A DNA stretch of 64,000 bases, from assembly GCA_044229975.1 (NCBI GenBank), contig JBGARZ010000005.1, positions 1-64,000 on the forward strand, read 5' to 3'. How positions within the stretch are numbered: position 1 is the stretch's first letter; every line of letters starts with the position of its first letter. The notes under the pieces are model-generated. The model saw only the letters and a program-made list of their open reading frames with translations, had not been told where the DNA came from and did not search any database. Below are positions 10,261 to 18,914 of this stretch, in pieces. Both the position numbers and the translations under genes were made by a program. Origin of the DNA: Polyangiales bacterium (GTDB lineage Bacteria > Myxococcota_A > Polyangia > Polyangiales > Ga0077539).

Positions 10261-11331
10261 ATGTCGGCCTGGAACCCCATTGCTCTCGCGCATCGTGCGG
10301 TGTCGCTGCGTCCCTTCGGACGCGTCGTGGTGGCAGCGTGGACCCGCCTCGCGTTCGTCGTCGCGCTCGCGGCCTGCACCCGCACGCTGCCGCCCCCGCA
10401 GGCGCCGTCACCCCGCACGCCCGAGTGCGTCGCAACGCCAGCTCCGACCGAACCTCCGCCGCCCGAAGAGGCCGTCGCCGAACCGAGACCTCGCGCGTCG
10501 CGACCTCCCGAGATCGAGGCGATGATCGCCACGCTCGACGAGCTGCGAGCCGTCAGGGAGGACGTCGGCGACGAGCTCCCCACCGCGGCCAGTTCCCTGG
10601 TCGCGAGGATGCGGGCGCAGACGCGGGCCTGGGTCGAGCACGTCGTCGAGCGCGAGTGGCAACGGGGCACGATCGACCTCCCCGACAAGATTGTCGGCCC
10701 GCTGCGCGAAGCCGGCCTCGTTGGGTGCGCGAGCGAGGCGTGCGACGAGCAGGACGACCTCGAATGGGGGGCTATCGGTCGCCTGGAGGTGACGCGCACT
10801 GGCGCGGACGAGCGGCCGCCGTACGTCATCGTGGTGGTCGGCCTGCGGCTCGGCGTCAGCACCGACGAGGCGGTGTATGTGTTTGCCGAGGACGCCCCGG
10901 GAAACCACCGCGTGATCGCGTGGGAGCAGCCGCACCTCGCACGCGCCATCGACGGTCGGACGGAGCTGGCGTTCCGCCTGGTGCGGCGGGGCCAGCACCT
11001 GCTGCTGGTCGTCGAGGCGACCCACCTGCGCTCGATGTCGCGGTGGCAGCGGCGTGTGTGGACGCTGGTGACCGGCGCGCTCGACGGCAGCGGCTCTCGC
11101 GAAGCGGTGGTCTACAGCGACTCCTTCGACATCCAGGGCGTGTGCGGCAATCGCGGCGAGTCGAGCGGCTACGGCGCGGCCCCGTGGCTCGACCCGGACG
11201 GTCTCACCACCATGGGCTGCTTCTATCGTCGTTCGCGCAACGGCGACTGGGGCTTCTGCGAGCGTACGTCGCGCTTCCGCTGGGTGGGCGCGCGCCTCGT
11301 CCCGGCGGGACGTCGCGAGGTCTGCCGGTGA
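10261..11331 (+). CDS. Hypothetical lipoprotein
   Basis: Lipobox-like ALAAC followed by a Pro-rich linker; GC3-biased codons; start uncertain. Confidence 0.55.
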   Translation: MSAWNPIALAHRAVSLRPFGRVVVAAWTRLAFVVALAACTRTLPPPQAPSPRTPECVATPAPTEPPPPEEAVAEPRPRASRPPEIEAMIATLDELRAVREDVGDELPTAASSLVARMRAQTRAWVEHVVEREWQRGTIDLPDKIVGPLREAGLVGCASEACDEQDDLEWGAIGRLEVTRTGADERPPYVIVVVGLRLGVSTDEAVYVFAEDAPGNHRVIAWEQPHLARAIDGRTELAFRLVRRGQHLLLVVEATHLRSMSRWQRRVWTLVTGALDGSGSREAVVYSDSFDIQGVCGNRGESSGYGAAPWLDPDGLTTMGCFYRRSRNGDWGFCERTSRFRWVGARLVPAGRREVCR

Positions 11332-11957
11332 GCCGTCTGCTCTGGGCGATGCTCGTGGCGTTGGCGCTGCCGAGCGTCGCTTGGACGCAGCCGCGACCCG
11401 ACCAGACGACGTGCCTCGCGGTCGACGCCGAGGGGGAGGTCACGTTGGAGGGCGAGCTGGGCTACGGGGTCGAGGTCTTCGACGACAACCCGGTACGGTA
11501 CCGCTACGCGCAGCTACGACTGAGCACGCCGCGTTGCGCGCGGTACGACGACGGGTCGGAGGAGACGATCACGGAGGTGCACGCGATCTTCGTCGGGCCC
11601 GCGCGCGCACCGTGGTGGCTGCGGCAGGGGACGTGGCGACGGGTGCGGCTGAGGGGACGACCGATGTCGGCCTGGACGCGCTTCCATCACGGCAACGTCA
11701 TCTTCATCGTGCGATCGACGACGGGTTCAGCGGTCGCAGGTCGCGATGTCGGTGAAGCTGAACCAGTACATCGGATGGATCATCCCCATGCCGTAGGTAC
11801 CCGTCGACCGCGACGCGCGGCCACGATCGACCGTCGCCCACTTCGACGTCGGTCGGCGCGTCATCCCTTGACCGTCACGAGCGGCGACAGGCGCGCGACG
11901 CGGCGGGCCACCCCGGCGTCCTCCACCGTCTGCACCACCGGCGTGATGCTCTTGTAG
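11328..11957 (+). CDS. Secreted hypothetical protein (DUF4431-like), 3' end probably disrupted
   Basis: GTG overlaps the upstream TGA; signal peptide; VTLEG...RVRLRG...TRFHH pattern; reading frame runs on into the antisense of rtcB. Confidence 0.45.
   Translation: MSRLLWAMLVALALPSVAWTQPRPDQTTCLAVDAEGEVTLEGELGYGVEVFDDNPVRYRYAQLRLSTPRCARYDDGSEETITEVHAIFVGPARAPWWLRQGTWRRVRLRGRPMSAWTRFHHGNVIFIVRSTTGSAVAGRDVGEAEPVHRMDHPHAVGTRRPRRAATIDRRPLRRRSARHPLTVTSGDRRATRRATPASSTVCTTGVMLL
11727..11814 (-). pseudogene. Frameshifted remnant of the C-terminus of a paralog of the 46666-50037 Cys-rich protein
   Basis: 72 of 87 nt identical to 46666-46752 plus a 1-nt insertion; encodes GTYGMGMIHPMYWFSFTDIATCDR* versus GVYGMGALHPIYWFSFTNITTCDR*. 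Confidence 0.8.
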
Positions 11958-13405
11958 GCGCCGGGCGCTTCTTCCATCAAGCGACGGCGGTGGCGCCCGA
12001 TGATGTCCCTGCGCCCCTTCACCTGCGGCGCGTCGGGATCGATCGCCGTGATCACCCGCAGCGGCGCCACCTCGCGCTCGTAGGTCCCTTCGGGGGCGTG
12101 CGCCGCCTGTGATCGGGTGAGGCCGCGACCGGCGCCGTGGCACGCGCTGCACAGGGCGCCTTCGTTGCCCTCGCCCGCGAGCACGTAGCTCGCCGAACCC
12201 ATGGAGCCCGGGATGATCACCGGGTGCCCCGTGTACTCGAAGGCCCCGAGCGACGGACCCATCGCGGGGCACGCGCCCTTGCGGTGGATGTATCGGTCCG
12301 AAGCGCCACCGCCGGGCTCCCAGATCAGGTTGTGCGGGGCGTCGTAGACCAGGCTCGACGCGACGCTCCGACCCAGCACCTCGCTCAACGCGCGCACGGC
12401 CATGAGCCCAAGGCACAGCCGGTTGGCGAAGGCGAAGTTGGCGGCGTTCCTCATCGCGTCGAGGTACTCGGCCGCAAGCGCGCGGTGCGGCCCGCCCGTC
12501 GGCAGCACGTAGAACCCGTGGGCCGGATGCGGCGTCTTCTTCGGGTAGAGAGAGTGCGCCTTGCCGACGTAGTGGCCGCCCACCATGTGCCCGAGCCCGA
12601 GGCTCCCCGAGTGGGCCATGATCGAGACGCCGCCGCGCGCGAGTCCCCACGCGTGGGCCGTCGGTCCGTCGCACACCTCGTCGACCGACTGGAGCTCGAC
12701 GAAGTGGTTGCCGCCGCCGACGGATCCGATCTGCGGGTCGCGCCCGTCCTCGTTGCCGCTGGACTTGATGTAGTCCGCGAACGCGAAGGTTCCGGCCGCG
12801 GGGAGCACGCCCTGGAAGTGGACGCGCAGGAGGTCGTCGGCCTGCTGCCGCGGGTCGTAGTAGCGCCAGAGGCCGGTCGACGCGTTGGCGCCGAGGGTGG
12901 CGTGGAGACCCCAGAGCCCGTCGCGCAGCGTGGCCTCGCGCTGCCGCGGCGACATCGGGATGTTGCGCTGGCCCTGGAAGAAGATCGCCCGCAGCCGGTG
13001 CCCGAGCGCGTCGAGGTGGGGCGCGAGCTCGTCACGGCTCACGTCGGTCATGAGCAGGCGCATCCCGCAGCAGACGTCGTTGCCGATCGCCGCGGGGATG
13101 ACGAAGCCGCGCGCGTCGACGACGACACCCACGGGGATGCCTCCGCCCCGGTGGAAATCGGGGGTCACGACCACCGAGTCGATGCGGCCTGGAGCGTCGC
13201 CCCAGAAGGGATCGACGCGGCCCGCGCGCTCGTGGTCGTAGAGGCGCGCGAGCGTCTCCTGGAGCCCGAGAAACTCGTCGAGCTGGTCGAGTCCCTCGGG
13301 CTGGATGGGAACGTCTTCGCGGGCGAAGACCGTGACGGGAACGTCGGGATGGTTGTAGCGACTACGAACGGCGTCGAGCCGCTCAAGGCGGGAAGTGTGT
13401 GACAT
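11861..13405 (-). CDS. rtcB: RtcB family 3'-phosphate/5'-OH RNA ligase
   Basis: PDFH, GNDVCCG, GGGNHF, HSGS, HN, HRKGA, HGAGR and EEAPGAYK motifs. Confidence 0.93.
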   Translation of the reverse strand: MSHTSRLERLDAVRSRYNHPDVPVTVFAREDVPIQPEGLDQLDEFLGLQETLARLYDHERAGRVDPFWGDAPGRIDSVVVTPDFHRGGGIPVGVVVDARGFVIPAAIGNDVCCGMRLLMTDVSRDELAPHLDALGHRLRAIFFQGQRNIPMSPRQREATLRDGLWGLHATLGANASTGLWRYYDPRQQADDLLRVHFQGVLPAAGTFAFADYIKSSGNEDGRDPQIGSVGGGNHFVELQSVDEVCDGPTAHAWGLARGGVSIMAHSGSLGLGHMVGGHYVGKAHSLYPKKTPHPAHGFYVLPTGGPHRALAAEYLDAMRNAANFAFANRLCLGLMAVRALSEVLGRSVASSLVYDAPHNLIWEPGGGASDRYIHRKGACPAMGPSLGAFEYTGHPVIIPGSMGSASYVLAGEGNEGALCSACHGAGRGLTRSQAAHAPEGTYEREVAPLRVITAIDPDAPQVKGRRDIIGRHRRRLMEEAPGAYKSITPVVQTVEDAGVARRVARLSPLVTVKG

Positions 13406-13549
13406 GACCGCGAGCTCTCGTTCGGGGTTCGCGCCTCCCGATGAAGGGGAGAAAGGCGAAGCCCGGAATCGGGGATGGTGAGGGCGTTGGTCGAGTGCCC
13501 TCCTGCTCGCAGCAGTCGCCGCGTGGGGTACGCCCATCGGGGACTCCGG

Positions 13550-14566
13550 TCAATCGCGCAGCTCGAAGCCCCGCGCGACGTCCCAGAAGAGCGCTGTCGC
13601 GGCGAAGCGGTCGCTCATCGTGTCGAGCGTCGCGACGAACTCGGCCACGACCTCGTCCTCCCGCCGCAGGTCCGTTGCCTCTGCCAACGCCGCCACGAGG
13701 CGCGCTCGCAACGCGCGCCGGAAGGTGCTCAGGCCGTCGCTCATCGTGAGCAGGACGAGCGACAACGGCGCCCACTCGGACACGTTCGACGAAGGCGTGA
13801 TGGCCGCCGCGACACGGTAGGGCCGCGGTGCTTCCAAGGGCGCCGCGGTCACCTGGGATGGCTCGACGGCGTCGAGCAGCGCACGCTCGATGATCCCCGA
13901 CTCGACGCGGGAGGCGCCGTGGGCTCGACGCACGTCGATGCTCTGCGACGGCTCCTGGAGGGTCGTCCGGCCGCCGTCCTGCGACCAGACGAAGTGCCGC
14001 ACCACGCGCATCTCGAGGGCGCCGCGGCCGACCAGGTCGAGCAGGGCGGCGACCACCGCGCCGTCGACCTTCGCGATCATGTCGACGCCGCACTGTTTGC
14101 TCACGACGCGCCGGAGCGCCTCGTAGTGGGCGAAGGCCTCGACGCCGCGGAGCGCGTTGGGAGGTACGACGATCGGCGCGCCCGCCGTGCGTCCGCCGCC
14201 ACGACCGCGGACCACGCGGCCCGGTCGGGTCACCGCGGTGGCGTCGGGTTCGCCGTCGACGGAGTGCGTCCACTCGCGCTCCAGCAGGGCGCCGACCACG
14301 CTGAGCCAGAGCAGCGCGAGGCCCAACACGCCGGTCACGAGCACGACCGCCGCGCGGCCGAAGACACCGAGGCTCGCGTCCGGCAGGCGCGCGATCGATA
14401 CCGCGAACCCCACGCAGAACAGGCCGCCCACCAGGCCGCCCACCCCGGCGACGAGGTTGCTCGCGCTGAGCGGAGAGCGTTGCCATTTGGGCGGCGCGGC
14501 GTTGCAGATCGGGCAGCATCGCCCTCCCCTGAACAGCACACCGCACGTCGCGCACACCGGGAACAT
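13550..14566 (-). CDS. Hypothetical membrane protein with N-terminal zinc ribbon
   Basis: MFPVCATC...CCPIC followed by two TM helices. Confidence 0.6.
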   Translation of the reverse strand: MFPVCATCGVLFRGGRCCPICNAAPPKWQRSPLSASNLVAGVGGLVGGLFCVGFAVSIARLPDASLGVFGRAAVVLVTGVLGLALLWLSVVGALLEREWTHSVDGEPDATAVTRPGRVVRGRGGGRTAGAPIVVPPNALRGVEAFAHYEALRRVVSKQCGVDMIAKVDGAVVAALLDLVGRGALEMRVVRHFVWSQDGGRTTLQEPSQSIDVRRAHGASRVESGIIERALLDAVEPSQVTAAPLEAPRPYRVAAAITPSSNVSEWAPLSLVLLTMSDGLSTFRRALRARLVAALAEATDLRREDEVVAEFVATLDTMSDRFAATALFWDVARGFELRD

Positions 14567-14611
14567 CGACCACCTCGCGGGCGCGAGCATGGCCCCATCG
14601 GCATCGCGTGA

Positions 14612-15172
14612 CGAGGTGCAGTCCGCCGCCGGGCGCGACGCGACAACGGCCCTTGCGCCGCCCCCCGGCTTCGCGCTTCCTACGTCCAATGGCTCACCAC
14701 GCCGGGGTCGCTCCGGTGCGTCACCGGGACGACCTGCCTGGAGGGCATCTGCCGCGTCGACGGAGCGATCAGGGGGAGGTGTCGTGGAGACCGACCCGAC
14801 GACCCCGACCGCTGCGACCCAGGGCTCGCCTGTCACCAGCAGCTCACGCGGTGCGTGACGGCGATCGCCGTCGGCGCGCGCTGCGCAACGACGGATGCGA
14901 ACTCCGAGTGGGTCTCCGGCGCGTCCTGCCGACCCGATGCCATGGGGATGGGCGTCTGCGTCCTCAACGGCACCGCGACCGGGCGATGCCACACCGCCGG
15001 CGGAACGCTGCCCCTCTGTGATCCGGGCCTGTCCTGCGTCCCGGAGTTTCCCAGCGACGTATGTCGACCCGACGGCGACCTCGGCACCCCGTGTCGGACG
15101 ACCGAGCCTCCCTGCAACGCGCCCTTGCGGTGCCGCGACGCGGGCCGTCCGGGCTTCCTCTGCGTCCCCTGA
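14612..15172 (+). pseudogene. 5'-truncated Cys-rich repeat protein
   Basis: Open frame with repeated C...GRC...CDPGLxC units; no start codon or signal peptide before 14855. Confidence 0.45.
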
Positions 15173-15257
15173 AGCGCGTCGCGCGCGGTCGTAGCGCGCT
15201 GGGCACATCAGGTCTTGCGGCGCCGCGGGAGGTCTGCCAATCCTCGACGCTACGTCT

Positions 15258-15896
15258 ATGGGCCTGGAGGTAGCGGTCGGATCATCCCCTGCGACGGTGC
15301 GCGCCGGGTCGCTCACCAAGGACGTCGCGTGGGCTTCGCCAAACAACCCGGTGTTCTGCGTGGTGAGCCCCATCGCCCCGGCGCGGCTGTGGAACCAGGT
15401 GGCCGAGACGGTGCTCGTGACCGTCGAGCGCACGCTGGGCGACGGGCAGAAGGGCCTCGCGGCGCTGGAGCGCGCGGTGGGCGCGGGCGCCACTGCGGTG
15501 GGTCGCTTGCGCTCGGTGCTCATCGAGCCGCACCTGGGCCTCGACGCGCAGATCGTCGCGATGGTCATCGTCGGCGACCAGGCGCACATCGCCATCTCGG
15601 CGGGCATGCGGGTGTACCGCGCCCGCAACGGTGAGCCCCAGCGGCTGCTCAACCACGCGCACCGCACGCCGGGCATCACCCACGGCGGCATGCTCGTGAC
15701 CACCGAGCGCCTCACGCGCGGTGACCTGTTCGTTTTTGGGAGCCGCGACGGCTTCGGCATGCGCTCCATCGGCGCCATGGCCGCCGTGCTCGCCCAGCGC
15801 CCCACCTCGTCGGCCAAAGAACTCTGCGACGCCGTGCTCAAGCCGTGTCGCGCGCAGGGCATGTCGACGGGCATGGTGGTGCTGCGGGTGCGCTGA
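15258..15896 (+). CDS. Degenerate PP2C/SpoIIE-like fold protein
   Basis: AHIAISAGMRVYRAR and LTRGDLFVFGSRDGF resemble PP2C strands, but the metal-binding Asp residues are largely missing. Confidence 0.5.
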   Translation: MGLEVAVGSSPATVRAGSLTKDVAWASPNNPVFCVVSPIAPARLWNQVAETVLVTVERTLGDGQKGLAALERAVGAGATAVGRLRSVLIEPHLGLDAQIVAMVIVGDQAHIAISAGMRVYRARNGEPQRLLNHAHRTPGITHGGMLVTTERLTRGDLFVFGSRDGFGMRSIGAMAAVLAQRPTSSAKELCDAVLKPCRAQGMSTGMVVLRVR

Positions 15897-15901
15897 CCGC
15901 C

Positions 15902-17122
15902 GTGGACGCCAACGCTCCCGAGACCCCGACGGTGGTGCCGGTGGTGCAGGTGCGACTGCGCCGACCACGCACCGCTCGATTGCTTGGCATCAGCGCGGTG
16001 ATGTTCGCCGCGCTCACGATCGACAGCGCGGCGTCGACGGGTCACTGGCTGTCGACGTTCTTGTGCTTGATGGGGACGATGGTCTCGCTCGCGCTGGCGG
16101 TGTGGTTCGGGCTGGGACGCCAGCTCAAGGGCGCGGTCTCGGTGGACGCGCGCGACCTGCGGGTCGGCTCGCTACGCTTCGCGCGGGCTGGAGTCTCTGA
16201 GGGGATGGCGATCCCGAGCGCCCTGTCGCGGGCGCAGCTCACGCTGCGAGACGGTTCCGTCGTCGAGGCGACGGTGGCCTCGCTGGAGGAAGCCGACGCA
16301 CTGCTCGACCACGTTTCGCTTGAGCCAGGCCAACGAGCGATGCGCTTCCCGGCCCGGTCGATCTGGAAGCAGGCCGCGGGCGCCGTGGGCGGCTCGATGG
16401 TCGGCGGCTACATCGGTTTCTACCTGGGGCTGATCCTCGCGGCCTCGGCGGGGGTGCCGTACGTGATCGTGCTCGCAGCGCCGCTCGCGGCCGTATTCGC
16501 GGCGATGGGCTGGGTGAGCACGCGCCCCATCGAGATCCGCGTGGGCACCGACGGCATCACGCTGCGCGGCGCCTTCAAGACGCGCTTCATCCCCTTCGCG
16601 GACCTCTCCGGCGTCGGAGAAAACTCCGGCGACCCGATGCTCTACTTCCGCGACGGTCACACCGAGGTGATCTGGAACTGCGCCGTCTCCAACCGCCCCG
16701 AGCTGCTCTCCGCGCTCCAGCACCGGGTCAACGGCGCCCTCGCGACCAACGCCGAACACGACGGCCTCATGGCGCGCGCGGCGGTCCTCGCGCGGCTGGG
16801 CCGCCCGCTGGCGACGTGGCAAACGGAGATCGCGCGGGCCGTCGACCCGACGCAGGGCTATCGCAGCACGGGGCTCTCGCGCAGCGACGCCGAGGCCGTG
16901 CTGGACGACGCGCGCTCGCCCGTCGATCACCGCATCGGGGCGGCGATGGCGCTGCGCTCGCTCGACGCGGCCGAGGCGTCGACGCGCGTGCGCATCGCGG
17001 CGGCCGGGTGCGCGAGCCCGGAGCTGCGCGCGGCGCTGGAAGACGCGGGCGACGGAACGCTCGACGAGGCGACCGTGGCGCGCGCCGTGGCCGCGGTGGA
17101 GAAGGGTCGCGGCTGGACCTGA
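15902..17122 (+). CDS. Hypothetical membrane protein (bPH-like domains, helical C-terminus)
   Basis: Four TM helices; IRVGTDGITLRG...RFIPFADL; start uncertain. Confidence 0.6.
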   Translation: MDANAPETPTVVPVVQVRLRRPRTARLLGISAVMFAALTIDSAASTGHWLSTFLCLMGTMVSLALAVWFGLGRQLKGAVSVDARDLRVGSLRFARAGVSEGMAIPSALSRAQLTLRDGSVVEATVASLEEADALLDHVSLEPGQRAMRFPARSIWKQAAGAVGGSMVGGYIGFYLGLILAASAGVPYVIVLAAPLAAVFAAMGWVSTRPIEIRVGTDGITLRGAFKTRFIPFADLSGVGENSGDPMLYFRDGHTEVIWNCAVSNRPELLSALQHRVNGALATNAEHDGLMARAAVLARLGRPLATWQTEIARAVDPTQGYRSTGLSRSDAEAVLDDARSPVDHRIGAAMALRSLDAAEASTRVRIAAAGCASPELRAALEDAGDGTLDEATVARAVAAVEKGRGWT

Positions 17123-17152
17123 TCGGGTCTGTGGGTGACTGCGACCTCGGGA

Positions 17153-17378
17153 CCGGAGTTCGCGTGACCCCATCGCAGGGGCGTGCAGTCGCTCACTCCG
17201 GGCTATTTCAAGTTGTCACCTCGCTACGCGAGGTTGCAGGAACTCTCGGCTGGCGATGAACGAGTCGATGGGCTGATCATCAAGGCCCGCGCTGCAACCT
17301 CGCGTAGCGAGGTGACAACTTGAAATAGCCCGGAGTGAGCGACTGCACGCCCCTGCGATGGGGTCACGCGAACTCCGG
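17153..17378. repeat. 87-bp perfect inverted repeat with 52-bp spacer (REP doublet or MITE-like)
   Basis: 17153-17239 is the exact reverse complement of 17292-17378; intergenic between convergent genes. Confidence 0.9.
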
Positions 17379-17395
17379 CCCACGGCCGCAGCGAC

Positions 17396-18091
17396 CTACG
17401 GCCGCTCGCGCCGCGGGATGCGCGGGTCGGCCTGCGCCACGCGGAGCACCACGATGCGGCCCGTCGGCGTGTCGATGGTCTCGACGTGCGAGCAGCGAAA
17501 CTCGCTGAGCACCGAGGCCGCCTCGGCGAGCTCCTCGTCGGCGCGCTGCCCCTTGATGAGCAGCACGCGACCGCCCGGCTTCACGAAGGGGACCATCAAC
17601 GGGACGAGCAGCGCGATGCGCCCCACGGCGCGCGCGGTCGCGACGTCGAAGGCGGTGTGCAGGTCGCTACGACCGGCGACCTCGGCCCGCTGGGCGCGCA
17701 CCCAGAGGTTGGTCAGCGGCAGCACCGACGCGAGGCCCGTGAGGAAGGCGGCCTTCTTCTGCGTGGCCTCGACGAGCGTCACCTTCAGATCGGGCCGCGC
17801 GATGGCGAGCGGGATGCCCGGCACGCCGCCGCCAGAACCCACGTCGACCACGCGCGCCTTGGCGGGCAGATCGGCGAGCAGCGGAACCACCGTGAGCGCG
17901 TCGAAGGCGTGGCGCGTCCAGACCTCGGAGGGGTCCTTGATGGCCGTGAGGTTCATCAGGGAGTTCATCGCGAGGAGGCGGCCGAGGTAGTCGGTGAGGC
18001 GCGCGAGGGCGGGCGCGTCGAGGGTGATCCCGAGGGCCGCGAGCCGCTCGGCGAAGTCCGCGGGCGGCGTCAGCGGAACGGGGTCGGGCAT
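17396..18091 (-). CDS. rsmG: 16S rRNA m7G527 methyltransferase (GidB)
   Basis: MNLTAI, RHAFDAL, VDVGSGGGVPGIPLAI, KKAAFL and ARAV motifs; alternative start at 18121. Confidence 0.93.
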   Translation of the reverse strand: MPDPVPLTPPADFAERLAALGITLDAPALARLTDYLGRLLAMNSLMNLTAIKDPSEVWTRHAFDALTVVPLLADLPAKARVVDVGSGGGVPGIPLAIARPDLKVTLVEATQKKAAFLTGLASVLPLTNLWVRAQRAEVAGRSDLHTAFDVATARAVGRIALLVPLMVPFVKPGGRVLLIKGQRADEELAEAASVLSEFRCSHVETIDTPTGRIVVLRVAQADPRIPRRERP

Positions 18092-18236
18092 CGGCAGGGC
18101 CTGTCGCGGCGTGTGGCTCATGGCGGCGCGCACCCTAACAAATCCTCTCCCCCCACGGCGGGACCGATTCCACACCCGCGGTCGAGAACCGCCGCGCGGG
18201 CATCGTTGTCAGTGCGCCTTCGTGGAGGTGTTTCCC

Positions 18237-18797
18237 ATGAGCACGGCGATTCTGTCGGTCACCCAACGCATGCAGATCCAGCGGGCGGTGCGCGCCAACA
18301 AGCAGCGAGCGTCCCGCGACGAAGGGGGCGAGCTCAACGTCATCCCCTTCCTCGACATCGTGATGAACGTCTTGATGTTCGTGCTCGCCACGTCGGCGAC
18401 GGTGTTCACCGCGACCATCACGCCGACGAGCGGAGGGTGCTGCGTCCGCGGGGTGGTTCCCGACGTGCCGACCCTGCACATCACCCGCGGCGGCTACGTG
18501 GTGGCGGCGCGCGCGGGCTTCGTCGCGCCCGACTGCCGATCGCTCACCGCGGGCGGTCAGGTGACGGTCCCACTTCGAGACGGTCGTCACGACGCCGCGG
18601 GTCTGACCCGCTGCCTCGCCACGCTGCGTCAGGCGGCGGGCGCGTCGAGCCCCTTCCGCACGCAACGCACCCTCCAGGTGAGCACCGTCGACCACGTCGC
18701 GTACGGCGAGCTGGTGCGCGCCCTCGACGCCGCCCGCGAGACCCGGCCCGGCGCGGGCGACCTCTACCCCGAGGTCTCGCTCGGCGTGCTGCACTAG
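18237..18797 (+). CDS. ExbD/TolR family protein (myxobacterial AglS-like)
   Basis: GELNVIPFLDIVMNVLMFVL TM motif with the conserved Asp; YGELVRALDAAR. Confidence 0.8.
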   Translation: MSTAILSVTQRMQIQRAVRANKQRASRDEGGELNVIPFLDIVMNVLMFVLATSATVFTATITPTSGGCCVRGVVPDVPTLHITRGGYVVAARAGFVAPDCRSLTAGGQVTVPLRDGRHDAAGLTRCLATLRQAAGASSPFRTQRTLQVSTVDHVAYGELVRALDAARETRPGAGDLYPEVSLGVLH

Positions 18798-18914
18798 GCA
18801 ACGGCCGTTGCGGAGAAAGCTCCACACGAAGTGTCGCGACGACGCGACAGCATTCGGGGAGTGCCCGTGCATAATCGCGCCGTACCCGTTCACCCCGGAG
18901 TGAGGAGCGACGCG

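Noticed and set aside
11727..11814. Diversity-generating retroelement template repeat for the 46666 gene
   Set aside because: Mismatches are not adenine-specific on either copy, there is an indel, and no reverse transcriptase is in the window.
13437..13541. tRNA gene upstream of rtcB
   Set aside because: No T-loop (TTCGA) or D-loop in the correct positions, and the arm lengths do not fit.
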